This document shows, piece after piece, positions 49,799 to 59,224 of a stretch of DNA of 64,000 nt. The DNA comes from Candidatus Bathyarchaeota archaeon (GTDB lineage Archaea; Thermoproteota; Bathyarchaeia; Bathyarchaeales; Bathycorpusculaceae). The notes below the pieces were generated by a model. That model was not told where the DNA came from. It did no database searches and saw nothing but the letters and a program-made list of their open reading frames with translations. The stretch covers positions 128,001-192,000 of the forward strand of contig CAWGYA010000002.1 of the NCBI GenBank assembly GCA_963826715.1, read 5' to 3'. The translations under genes were made by a program, and so were the position numbers. Position 1 is the stretch's first letter. Every line of letters starts with the position of its first letter.

Positions 49799-51556
49799 TC
49801 AACTTTTGATTTGGCTCCCTAACTCTTCAAAATTGGCTTTACACTCAAAGTATCTGTGGAGAAGTTGGGGAAGGTCACTAATGGCAGTTCGGACTTGCTG
49901 CCAGCTATCGCGGTCACGTATAGTGACTGTTTCCTCCGATAGGGTATCGTAGTCAATTGTTATACCAAGCTGAACACCTGCTTCGTCTGCTCGAGCATAG
50001 CGTCTACCTATTGAACCTGTTTCGTCGAAGTCTGTCATGAAACCCTCACATGCTAGCAACCTCTGTACTTCACGGGCTTTGGTGTCTAAACCGTCTTTGT
50101 TCATAAGGGGGTAGATATTGACTTGGATAGGCGCAATAGTGCGCGGGAAACTTAACACTACACGGTCCTCTTTTATGCCATAAGCATATTCGAGTGCAAT
50201 GTAGAAAAGACGATCGCAACCAAAACTAGGTTCCACCACATGGGGAACAAAGCGTTTTCCGCGCACCGTGGTTTTCTGTTTGCCAATTTCCACTTGCTCG
50301 GAGAAAATTTGGTAGCCATCAACCATTATGCTGCCCTTTTGCTGCAACTCATCAACTATTTGCTGAGCAGGGACTTTGGCAAGAGCGATTGCAACTTTAC
50401 CTGCGTCACCCTTGTACACAGGTCCCAGCTTTGCCATAATAGGTTTCACTGTGAGTTCCTCCGTTTCTATGGGATTTTTGTATTCTTTGTACACAGTCAT
50501 ATCTACGCCACTAGCTTGCATATGGCACTTAAGATCAAAATCAGTGCGGTATGCATGCCCTGAAACTTCCACCCAACCCCAACGATCCACTAGTACTTCC
50601 TGATCGAAGCTTTGGCTACTATAGTGGGCTTTCTCCCAGGTAAGTTTTTCGAGGAACCGTTGTCGCTCTGTGGGCACACCTATTTCAGTGAGAAGTCGTT
50701 TTGCCTGCGCCATAAAGAAGGCTTGCCATTCACTTCGGATTATACCTTTGTCGAGGGCTTCGCGTACGGTGAAGGAGGTAACATCTTCGCATTCTTTGAT
50801 TCGAGTGCTACACAGTAGAATTGGCAATATCTCGTTTTCCACTTCGCTTAGGCGGTCACAGGTTGGTTCGTCCGGGTCAAAGAAAAACTCTAAATCTGCA
50901 ATCGTGAATTCCCGCAGGCGAATTAAACCTTGACGTGGAGAAATCTCGTTGCGCAGGGCTTTGCCAATGTTTATACAACCAAACGGAAGACGTTCGCGTG
51001 CGACATTATATAATCGATTAAATTCAACAAAAATGTTCTGCGCTGCTTCTGGTCTGCCATAACCAACTGAACCTATGTAAGGTCCAATTGTGGTTTCAAA
51101 CATGGTTAAGTAACGTATAGGATCGTCGAAACCTCCACCGCAGTCTGGACAGATCACTCCGTGGCGCTGCAATTCAATTTTAATGTCATTAAGACTCATT
51201 TTTTCCGCTTCAGCATTGCTAATGCCTTTTTCCTCAAGTAGATGATCAGCGCGGAATCTTGTATGACATTTCTGGCATTCCACCATGGGTTCCTTGAAAT
51301 GAGACACGTGACCCGATGCTTCAAATACCTTGCCCGGGGCAATGACTGATGATTCCATTTCGTAAACGCCGATTTTTTTAACCATAAGATCCCGCAGTTT
51401 CGCCTCTATGTTCTGTTTAAGACGCGCACCGAGGGGACCGTAAGTGACGAAACCTCCGCTTCCACCGTAAATTTCAAAGCTATTCCAAAAGAAGCCACGA
51501 CGCTTAGCAAGTTCGTTAACTGCAACGAATTTATCGCATTGAGGTTTGTTGCTCAA
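49799..51556 (-). CDS. glyS: Glycine--tRNA ligase (archaeal/eukaryotic alpha2 type)
   Basis: LAKRRGF, ASGHV, RPEAAQ, RNEISPRQGLIRLREF, HVVEPSFG, SIGRRYARADEAG; TTG at 51556 preferred over 51649. Confidence 0.95.
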   Translation of the reverse strand: MSNKPQCDKFVAVNELAKRRGFFWNSFEIYGGSGGFVTYGPLGARLKQNIEAKLRDLMVKKIGVYEMESSVIAPGKVFEASGHVSHFKEPMVECQKCHTRFRADHLLEEKGISNAEAEKMSLNDIKIELQRHGVICPDCGGGFDDPIRYLTMFETTIGPYIGSVGYGRPEAAQNIFVEFNRLYNVARERLPFGCINIGKALRNEISPRQGLIRLREFTIADLEFFFDPDEPTCDRLSEVENEILPILLCSTRIKECEDVTSFTVREALDKGIIRSEWQAFFMAQAKRLLTEIGVPTERQRFLEKLTWEKAHYSSQSFDQEVLVDRWGWVEVSGHAYRTDFDLKCHMQASGVDMTVYKEYKNPIETEELTVKPIMAKLGPVYKGDAGKVAIALAKVPAQQIVDELQQKGSIMVDGYQIFSEQVEIGKQKTTVRGKRFVPHVVEPSFGCDRLFYIALEYAYGIKEDRVVLSFPRTIAPIQVNIYPLMNKDGLDTKAREVQRLLACEGFMTDFDETGSIGRRYARADEAGVQLGITIDYDTLSEETVTIRDRDSWQQVRTAISDLPQLLHRYFECKANFEELGSQIKS

Positions 51557-52346
51557 TTGTAATCCCTTTTTAGTGCTTAGAGGACACAGAGAATTAAAAC
51601 ATTCCCATAACTGAAAAGGTTTTTTTGAAGATTCGCGAAGTAAAATCATTTTTTTAATTTAAATAATGCACAGAAGTAACTAAAAAAATAAGCTCTGTAA
51701 GCAATAAGGGATGTTGCTGCAGTCAGTTCAATAATTGCCTAAACAAAAAACCTGTAATTCAATTGGGCAATCAGTTTTACTTAACTTTTATTTTTAGGCT
51801 CCTGATTGGTTAGCATTTTTTATCATATTACCTTTTTATTGAATTCGCAGATTTACTTCGCAAAAACAAAGGCGATCCCGTTTTTCATCTCAATCCTAGT
51901 TAGCAAGGGGAAAAGTGTAGAATTTCTTTTTCATATTAGCACACTTCATATTGGTTCCATGAGCAATTATATTGGTTTTCATAAGCCTTTGAATTAAGAA
52001 AATAACCAACCCCCAGTTTTAATAAAGTTAATAAGAAAGTCTAATTCACTCTAAAAATACAACTTACAATCGGCTAATAATTAACTGAATTCAAAGACAA
52101 ACAACCAGCATCCAAGTGATTTACGCTACACATACACTCTACCCCCGCAATAATCACAGCAAACGTTCACTATAAATACTAAGTCTAGAGAAAAAATCCC
52201 AAAATAAAGGGGGATTTTAAAACTTTAAATGTTAGAAAGAAAGTTTCCTCAGGCAATATTTATAGGATAAGGTCTACAATCAAACAGCATTAAAAATATC
52301 CCTCGTTAAGCGTAGTAGTTGATTTAAACCACGCAAAAACGTTACG

Positions 52347-53297
52347 GTGAATAATAACATGCCGTTTAAAATATCAAAAAAAGATGCGGCAAACACTTTA
52401 TGTTTAGAGTGGGTTTTGCAAGTTAAAGATTACAAGTTAACTCTGGACAAAACTCGATGTGTTGGCTGCCAAATATGCACCTTAGCCTGCCCCAAACAAG
52501 CTATAACCAGCAAAAAACAGGCCAAACTTATGGGTGAACCAGCAAAAAAAAGTGTAGTAGATATCGATCAAACAAAATGTAACTTCTGCGGCATATGCGA
52601 CATCACTTGCCCCTATGGCGCAGTTAAAATCACCCAAAACGGAAAACATGCTCTCTCAGTTATAGCCAAAGACAGCTATCCTGAGCTTATCCGAAAAATC
52701 GAAGTAGATACTCACAAATGCGAAAAAATTTGTGAGGAATGCGAAAAATCATGTCCGTTAAATCTGATAAAAATCTCAAAAGTGGGCTATGACGGCAAGC
52801 CCGTTGAGGATGTTTCGTCTCTCTCACCAATGGGACAAAAAAGAGTACAAATAACCGTTGACATTGACAAGGAACATTGTCCAACATGTCGAGCATGTGA
52901 ATTCAAATGTTCCCCTGGTGCAATCCGAGTCAAAAAAGCTTTTGAAGGCAAAATAGGTATTAATCAAGAAAAATGCCCTCCAAACTGCCAAAATTGTCTT
53001 GATGTTTGCCCAATCAAGGGGACTTTGGTGCTTGACAATGAGAAGAAAGTTTACGTTAATGAATTAACATGCACCTACTGTGGAGCATGTAAAAACGTTT
53101 GCCCTGTTGACGAAGCTCTTTGTATTAAACGCACAAAAATTAATCATACAGATGTTCATTCCGGTGCATGGAACAAAACCTTGGAACGTTTAACTAGCCC
53201 TACAGACGCAATAAAAGAATTCAAGGCACATGCGGGTAAACATCGGCGAGAACTTGTTGAAAACCGCTTTGCGGTTGAAGAGATGAAAAAGAAATGA
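52347..53297 (+). CDS. Polyferredoxin (FwdF-like)
   Basis: About six CxxCxxCxxxCP-type motifs. Confidence 0.9.
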   Translation: MNNNMPFKISKKDAANTLCLEWVLQVKDYKLTLDKTRCVGCQICTLACPKQAITSKKQAKLMGEPAKKSVVDIDQTKCNFCGICDITCPYGAVKITQNGKHALSVIAKDSYPELIRKIEVDTHKCEKICEECEKSCPLNLIKISKVGYDGKPVEDVSSLSPMGQKRVQITVDIDKEHCPTCRACEFKCSPGAIRVKKAFEGKIGINQEKCPPNCQNCLDVCPIKGTLVLDNEKKVYVNELTCTYCGACKNVCPVDEALCIKRTKINHTDVHSGAWNKTLERLTSPTDAIKEFKAHAGKHRRELVENRFAVEEMKKK

Positions 53298-55723
53298 GCA
53301 CACCTTTATCTCCGCCAAAACCTGAAGAACTCCGTGTCGGGGTTTTCGTTTGCCATTGCGGTTTAAACATTGCTGGAACCGTAGATGTCCATGCAGTAGC
53401 AGAATACGCTAAAACCATTCCTAACGTAGTGTACGTTAAAGAGAACCGTTACACCTGTGCTGACCCTGGACAAGATGAGATCCGAAAAGCCATCCGCCAA
53501 AAAAACTTAAACCGAGTTGTCATTGCCGCTTGCAGCCCCAGAATGCATGAACCCACTTTCCGCCGAACAGTCGCCGAAGCTGGTCTAAACAGCTACCTTT
53601 ATGAAATGGCAAATATACGCGAATTTGCTTCTTGGTGCCATCAAAGTGATCCGGCTGCAGCAACGGAACGCGCCAAAGACTCTGTACGCATGGCAGTTGC
53701 CAAGGTTCGCTTAATGCAACCGCTTCAAACTATTGAAGTCCCAGTCACTAATAAAGCACTTATTATCGGCGGCGGAATCGCAGGCATGAACGCAGCTTTG
53801 GACCTTGCTGAACAAGGCTTTAAAGTATACATGGTTGAGAACACTCAGAGCATCGGCGGACACATGGCTACACTCGATAAAACGTTCCCTACACTAGATT
53901 GCAGTATCTGTATCGAGGGGCCAAAGATGGTGGATTGTGCTCGTCACCCAAATATTACGATCTTTGCTAACAGCGAACTCCTCAAATGTGAAGGATACAT
54001 CGGTAATTTCAAAGTAAAAATACGCAAGAATCCACGATATGTCCTACCTGAGAAGTGCACAGGATGCGGAGAATGTAAAGATTCCTGCCCTATAGAGTAC
54101 CCTAACGAATGGGACATGAACCTTGGCACTCGCAAGGCAATATCAGTTCCTTTTGATCAGACGGTTCCTCTAATTTACAGCATCAATCGCGACTACTGCA
54201 TTGAATGCTTCAAATGCACTGATGCATGCGGTGCCCGCGACGCTATCGACTTTGACCAGAAACCTGAGGAAGTCGAAATCGATGTGGGAGCTATCATTGT
54301 CTCCACAGGTTTTGATGTTTACTTGCCATACGACATGCCGCTTTTGGGCTATGGCAAATATCCCAACGTAGTCACCAGCATGGAGTTTGAACGTCTTATA
54401 TTGGCGGCCGGACCAACAGGCGGCAAAGTGATTCGCCAATCTGACGGTAAAAAACCACATCGCATTGTCTTCATTCAATGTGTGGGTAGTCGCGACAAAC
54501 AGCATTACCCTTATTGTTGCAACTTCGGTTGTATGTATACGTTAAAACATGTTGTTCAGCTAAAAGAGAAGTACAAAGAAGACATAGAAGTTTATGTTTT
54601 CTACATGGACATCCGCAGTTCAGGTAAAGGCTATGAGGAATTCTATGACCGCGCACGCGAACGTGGGGTGAACTTTATCCGTGGCAGAGTCAGTCGAATC
54701 GACGAAGACCCCACAACGCACAATTTAACAGTCCACTCCGAAGACTCACTGCTAGGCCAACCCATCGAAGTTGATGCAGACATGGTGGTCCTTGCAACAG
54801 CCGCCATACCCAAAAAAGGCTCAGATGAAGTCGCACGCATCCTCAATCTTAGCAGAGACGCCAACGGTTTCTTCATGGAAGCACACCCCAAACTAAAACC
54901 GATGGACGCACCTACCGACGGAGTATTCTATGCCGGCGCATGCGCAGGCCTCAAAGACATACCCTACAGTGTTTCACAAGGGAGCGGTGCTGCTTCTCGA
55001 GCGGCAACTGTAATTAGCAAACCTAAGTGGAAAATTGAGCCTATTATTAGTATGGTAGATGAAAATAAATGCAAAAAATGTGGCATATGCGTCGAAAAAT
55101 GCCCTTACGGAGCAATCCGCCAAGAAAAAGGTCAAACCGCCCAAATCATAACAGCTAGCTGTCACGGTTGTGGAACCTGTGTCGCGGAATGCCCACAACA
55201 CGCCATCACCCAGATGCACTTTACCAACGCCCAAATTCTCGCGCAAATCCATGCAGCTCTCGAAAACAAACCGGAGGAGAAAATTCTTGCGATCCTCTGC
55301 AATTGGTGCAGTTACGCTGGCGCTGATCTCGCTGGCATTAGCCGATGTGATTATCCGGCAAGTGTCCGCGCTATCCGAGTAATGTGTAGTGGCAGAGTAG
55401 CTAGAGAATTCGTTTTGGAAGCACTAAGACTTGGTGCAGGCATGGTGCTCATCGGTGCATGCCACTTACCCTACGACTGTCATTATATTAGCGGAAACTA
55501 CAAGATGAAGGAACGCACGGATGCCCTGAAAGGCATGCTCGTTAAATTGGGCATGAGTCCTGAGCGGTTCCGCGTCGAATATGTTTCCGCAGCAGAAGGT
55601 ATTCACTATGCTGAGGTTATTCGAGAAATCGATAATCAACGCAAAGCTTTGGGTGAAGAGAAGATTCAAGCTGAAAATGCAAAGCTAAAGCCTATTATTG
55701 AGAACATGCTTAAACGCAAATAG
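53294..55723 (+). CDS. hdrA: Heterodisulfide reductase subunit A fused to MvhD
   Basis: VFVCHCGLNIAG, ACSPRMHEPTFR, GGGIAG, DKTFPTLDCS, QCVGSRD; C-terminal MvhD CNWCSYAGADLAG, RVMCSGRV, DCHYISGN. Confidence 0.95.
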   Translation: MSTPLSPPKPEELRVGVFVCHCGLNIAGTVDVHAVAEYAKTIPNVVYVKENRYTCADPGQDEIRKAIRQKNLNRVVIAACSPRMHEPTFRRTVAEAGLNSYLYEMANIREFASWCHQSDPAAATERAKDSVRMAVAKVRLMQPLQTIEVPVTNKALIIGGGIAGMNAALDLAEQGFKVYMVENTQSIGGHMATLDKTFPTLDCSICIEGPKMVDCARHPNITIFANSELLKCEGYIGNFKVKIRKNPRYVLPEKCTGCGECKDSCPIEYPNEWDMNLGTRKAISVPFDQTVPLIYSINRDYCIECFKCTDACGARDAIDFDQKPEEVEIDVGAIIVSTGFDVYLPYDMPLLGYGKYPNVVTSMEFERLILAAGPTGGKVIRQSDGKKPHRIVFIQCVGSRDKQHYPYCCNFGCMYTLKHVVQLKEKYKEDIEVYVFYMDIRSSGKGYEEFYDRARERGVNFIRGRVSRIDEDPTTHNLTVHSEDSLLGQPIEVDADMVVLATAAIPKKGSDEVARILNLSRDANGFFMEAHPKLKPMDAPTDGVFYAGACAGLKDIPYSVSQGSGAASRAATVISKPKWKIEPIISMVDENKCKKCGICVEKCPYGAIRQEKGQTAQIITASCHGCGTCVAECPQHAITQMHFTNAQILAQIHAALENKPEEKILAILCNWCSYAGADLAGISRCDYPASVRAIRVMCSGRVAREFVLEALRLGAGMVLIGACHLPYDCHYISGNYKMKERTDALKGMLVKLGMSPERFRVEYVSAAEGIHYAEVIREIDNQRKALGEEKIQAENAKLKPIIENMLKRK

Positions 55724-55943
55724 CTACAGTTCCTTTTTCTTTTGTTTTCTTCCATAAAAATTTTTATGTAAAACTACAAATTTGAAAGAGAAACAAAAGT
55801 TGGACTATATTAATAAAAAATGAAATAAACTGAAATATCGCTGTTTCTTCCCCGATTGTTCGAGCTTGACACTTTTTTTAACCGATTTAGCTTCAATGAT
55901 GTTAGTGAATCTTAAAATGATCTATGGTTTTTACCGGAGAATT

Positions 55944-56120
55944 TTAGGAGACCGTTTTCTTGAACCACATAATGCCGACTACAGCCACTATTGCAGCGCT
56001 TAAAGCAGCCATAGGATTAATAGCATGGAGAAAAGAATGGAAGCTAGAAGAAAAAGAAAATACAGTGATTAAGGAAATCAACAACATAATGCTGCCAATT
56101 ACCAGGTTTTTGTTGCGCAC
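55944..56120 (-). CDS. Small 2-TM membrane protein (58 aa), not in ORF track
   Basis: GTG start after GAGGT; MRNKNLVIGSIMLLISLITVFSFSSSFHSFLHAINPMAALSAAIVAVVGIMWFKKTVS*. Confidence 0.6.
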   Translation of the reverse strand: MRNKNLVIGSIMLLISLITVFSFSSSFHSFLHAINPMAALSAAIVAVVGIMWFKKTVS

Positions 56121-56281
56121 GTTTTAAACCTCATATACCCGTTTTTCACAGGTACTGTTTAGGGACCTTTTTGATTTAATTCTAAGCATGCGAACAATCT
56201 GTTCAGAAAATAGGACAATTAAAACCTGTTATAAAATGTAATAGAAAATGGAAAAGTTACTTAAATTTAAAGAAGAAGGGA

Positions 56282-56560
56282 TTAATCTTCCTCTGCGAAC
56301 TTACGTTCCTTAACTTTAAGGGCTTCCTCATCACCAATTACCTTGAAGTAGTCAGTTAGCTCGTGTTTATGCAGGAATTTTTTAACAATTATCCTTACAT
56401 ATTTTTTGCTGAGCGCTTCGCCTTCTCCTTTGACTATGACTATTTTACCTTCGGTAGTTACTTCTCCACCTGTTTTCTCTTTGAGGAAATCAGCTAGTTT
56501 CTCAACTAGTTTTGATTCTTCAGCTTTGAGTTCGGAAGCGTTAACCTTCATTTCAACCAT
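56282..56560 (-). CDS. rpl22e: Ribosomal protein eL22 (L22e)
   Basis: LADFLKEK and LSKKYVRIIVKKFLHKHELTDYFKV resemble eL22 SKRYLKYLTKKYLKK..LRDWLRV; GAGGTGA RBS. Confidence 0.8.
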   Translation of the reverse strand: MVEMKVNASELKAEESKLVEKLADFLKEKTGGEVTTEGKIVIVKGEGEALSKKYVRIIVKKFLHKHELTDYFKVIGDEEALKVKERKFAEED

Positions 56561-56649
56561 GTTGTGTTCACCTCGATTATGCTACGCAAATTTGCAGTAT
56601 GTGTGTTTTCTTCACCACTGCTGCATTGATAAGTTTTCCGCTTACACTT

Positions 56650-56711
56650 TTGTCAGTTCGCCCGTCGAGCCGATTCATCGCAAATGCTCTGACTCTAGTG
56701 CTCATCATCCA
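56650..56711 (-). ncRNA. Box C/D guide sRNA
   Basis: Minus strand: box C AUGAUGA (56708-56702), probable D' CAGA and C' GCGAUGA, box D CUGA (56656-56653); D guide CGACGGGCG is complementary to 16S CGCCCGUCG. Confidence 0.8.
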
Positions 56712-57093
56712 AAGCTAATTTCACAAAAGAAACATAAGACTCTTCCGATTGCGCCCGTTACCTAAAACCGCTTTTCACTACTCAAGAATGTTTACTGTAG
56801 AAATAGCATCAATTGATAGCATAAGTAAGAGCTGGAAGTATACAGACATAAAAAATCTTAGAGTGCCAAAAGAATACAGCAACAAACCCATTTGAACTGT
56901 TTGTTTATAACTGTCTTCCTGAACGAGAAAGCAAATAGATTTTAATTGGGAATTTAACAACAGTTCTCAACATTTGTAAAAAAGTTTTGATTATTAGTTT
57001 AGGCGAAAAACTACTCAATTGCCTAGTCGATCTCACATTTTAAAACATAGCAAAGTATAAAAGAGCCAACATTATATATAATAAACTTTACCA

Positions 57094-57150
57094 TTGGCAA
57101 TCAGCACATATGCGAATCAGTAGGAAGCTGATCCCGACAGTGACTGCCAA
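57094..57150 (+). promoter_or_regulatory. Candidate three-way-junction 5' leader RNA
   Basis: P1 TTGGCAATCA/TGACTGCCAA, P2 GCA/TGC, P3 ATCAGT/GCTGAT; just downstream of a TATA-like TTATATA. Confidence 0.4.
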
Positions 57151-57179
57151 AATCATAATAACAGGAGGAAAAGAATGAA

Positions 57180-57305
57180 ATGTTATCGCGTGATTGCGAC
57201 GGATGCTCCCAAATGAAAACATGCAGCAGACGCTTTGTCATAACAGCAAAAGGCGAAAAAGTCTACTGCCCAGACGGAACCGCCCATCTAGTTGATGGCG
57301 CATAA
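57180..57305 (+). CDS. Cys/His-rich microprotein (41 aa), not in ORF track
   Basis: GGAGG RBS; MLSRDCDGCSQMKTCSRRFVITAKGEKVYCPDGTAHLVDGA*. Confidence 0.7.
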   Translation: MLSRDCDGCSQMKTCSRRFVITAKGEKVYCPDGTAHLVDGA

Positions 57306-57345
57306 ATAGAAAAAACTTATTTTGGTAGACTATTTCGTCCCTTTT

Positions 57346-57759
57346 TTATGTTAATTTCTCAATTACCCCTTTTACTTCAGCTATGATTTTTGTAAATTCA
57401 GCTGGCGCTGTGGGTTTCATGCCTTTCTTGGAAAGCTTTGAAACTGTCTGGTAACCCTTGCCAGATAGAAGCTTCTCAATGGCTTTCAAGGTTCGATCAT
57501 TTCCAAATAAGCGATACGTGCAGAAGATAATGACTTTTTTGTTTTCGACTGGAACCATGTTAGCGACGAAAGAGACTGCTTCTTTGGAGGGGCTAGCGCC
57601 TTCAACTGGAGTACCAAAAATTAGCAAATCAAAGTTTGAGAGGGCGTCTGGGGATATTTGAGCTATATCGAAGATTTCCGCATTTGTTGCGTGCCCGATG
57701 GCTTGCGCAAGTCGTTTAGTGTTTCCGGTCCTAGAAAAATATACAACACAAATATTCAT
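57346..57759 (-). CDS. Flavodoxin family protein
   Basis: VVYFSRTGNTKRLAQAI, DLLIFGTPV. Confidence 0.92.
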   Translation of the reverse strand: MNICVVYFSRTGNTKRLAQAIGHATNAEIFDIAQISPDALSNFDLLIFGTPVEGASPSKEAVSFVANMVPVENKKVIIFCTYRLFGNDRTLKAIEKLLSGKGYQTVSKLSKKGMKPTAPAEFTKIIAEVKGVIEKLT

Positions 57760-57766
57760 ACTACAC

Positions 57767-57799
57767 CGATAGAAGAACTTAATTATTAATCTTCTATCG
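57767..57799. promoter_or_regulatory. 10-bp perfect inverted repeat upstream of the flavodoxin gene
   Basis: CGATAGAAGA-13 nt (ACTTAATTATTAA)-TCTTCTATCG. Confidence 0.45.
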
Positions 57800-58048
57800 C
57801 GATGATGGGCAGACTTTTAGTATTTTTTTCTTTTCAGCCTCAAGCTCTTTAATTTTAGGCGCTATCCCATCTTTTATTATGCGAATTCCCCGAAAGCTAA
57901 GCATGATAGTGAGCAGTAGTTGAAGATAAGTCAGGTTTGTAATGCACTATTTTTTGGGCTTGCTGTAATTTGATTCCTAGCCAACCTAAATATTGTAGGC
58001 AAAAAGAAATGCTTATTAAACGAGGTAAGATAGATTTCAGAAGCCGCA

Positions 58049-58294
58049 TCATTGGGCGAGTAGATCAGTTTGGTATGATCGCCACGTTGGCATCGTGGAG
58101 GTCGCGGGTTCAAATCCCGCCTCGTCCACCAAACTTTTATTCATGTTTATGCCTTGCAGGCGTTTTATAGCCAATTTCAAGGCGTTTTCACAGATTTTAG
58201 ACGGATTTAAACCGATTTCACAAGCTAAATTTGCCAATTCAGGATTTAATTCAATTATTGTGTTTATTTCTGCAACCCTTTTTCTAACCTCCAC
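58049..58294 (-). CDS. CcdA/ribbon-helix-helix-like small ORF reading antisense into the tRNA; possible int(N) fragment
   Basis: IELNPELANLACEIGLNPSKICENALKLAIKRL, then no stop before entering the tRNA antisense. Confidence 0.5.
   Translation of the reverse strand: MEVRKRVAEINTIIELNPELANLACEIGLNPSKICENALKLAIKRLQGINMNKSLVDEAGFEPATSTMPTWRSYQTDLLAQ
58054..58131 (+). tRNA. tRNA-Ala(GGC), intron-less, CCA encoded
   Basis: Acceptor GGGCGAG/CTCGTCC with G3-U70; anticodon arm CCACG-TTGGCAT-CGTGG; T arm GCGGG-TTCAAAT-CCCGC; ends ACCA. Confidence 0.97.
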
Positions 58295-58450
58295 GTTTCA
58301 CACGTTTCTGTTGTCCAGATGGGACTTTATAGGAATAATGGCAAAACTGATAGAGCGAATTTATAAAGTCATAATAAAATAATAAGCAAGCGAAAAAGTA
58401 ATGGAAAAGCTTATCCCTTAATTCAGTTAATACATGTTTTCGGATGGAAT

Positions 58451-59224
58451 ATGTCAGACCAAACAGCGGAAGAACAGAAAGAGCGTAAAGCTCGTGAGTC
58501 ATCGGCTTATCCAAAACGCAGCTTAATAGATGCGCTGCAACTTGCCACTGCACTAAAAGAGCATAATGCAGGCAATCCTTATGATAGACTCGACTTAGCT
58601 AAAGCGGTTAACAGGTCTCCGGGAAGCAGCGAGTTTAGAATGTTAATAACCTCTTCCGGTCAGTTTGGTCTTACGGAAGGCGGATATGTTGCAAAAACCA
58701 TAAGCCTCACATCATTAGGTCGCTCGATAGTCTATCCACAAAGCGCAGACGAAAGGTCACAAGGTCTTAAGACAGCCCTTTTCAATATACCGTTTTTCAA
58801 GAAATTCTTTGAAGATTATGACAAGAACAAACTCCCTTCAATCGAATATCTCGAGGGTACGTTAAATAGAACTTATGGAATTCCAGTTACAGATTCAAAG
58901 AATTGTTACTCATTGATAGTTAAGAATGGTGAAGAACTTGGAGTCATATACGAGCAAAGCGGCTCAAAATGGATTAACTTAAACAAACTTGGGCAACAAA
59001 CTACGAAAGAGGAAGTGCACAACCCTCCGCCGACGCCCAGAGTAACCACAATGCAAGCCCCCTTGCCCCAAATCGAAGTTCCCGCACTTGGAACATCAAA
59101 CGGAGTTAATGTTACTGTTAACATAAGGTTCGAGCTACCTATAACCACTGAAATTGATGTTTATGACAAAATCTTTGAGTCCCTCAAAAAACACCTACTC
59201 ACCCCAAACACAAAAGCAAATTGA
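58451..59224 (+). CDS. Putative defence protein with winged-helix N-terminus (DUF5343-like)
   Basis: YPKRSL...SSGQFGLTEGG...LTSLGRSIV; C-terminal VNIRFELPITTEIDVYDKIFESLKKHL. Confidence 0.65.
   Translation: MSDQTAEEQKERKARESSAYPKRSLIDALQLATALKEHNAGNPYDRLDLAKAVNRSPGSSEFRMLITSSGQFGLTEGGYVAKTISLTSLGRSIVYPQSADERSQGLKTALFNIPFFKKFFEDYDKNKLPSIEYLEGTLNRTYGIPVTDSKNCYSLIVKNGEELGVIYEQSGSKWINLNKLGQQTTKEEVHNPPPTPRVTTMQAPLPQIEVPALGTSNGVNVTVNIRFELPITTEIDVYDKIFESLKKHLLTPNTKAN

Noticed and set aside
53294-55723. Selenocysteine or pyrrolysine recoding in HdrA/MvhD
   Set aside because: The ORF is uninterrupted with ordinary Cys codons; the only in-frame stop seen in a split gene (61321) is TAA.
57931-58382. 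ORFs 57931-58113, 57970-58170 and 58095-58382
   Set aside because: Translations across the tRNA or antisense to the RHH-like ORF, with no protein features.
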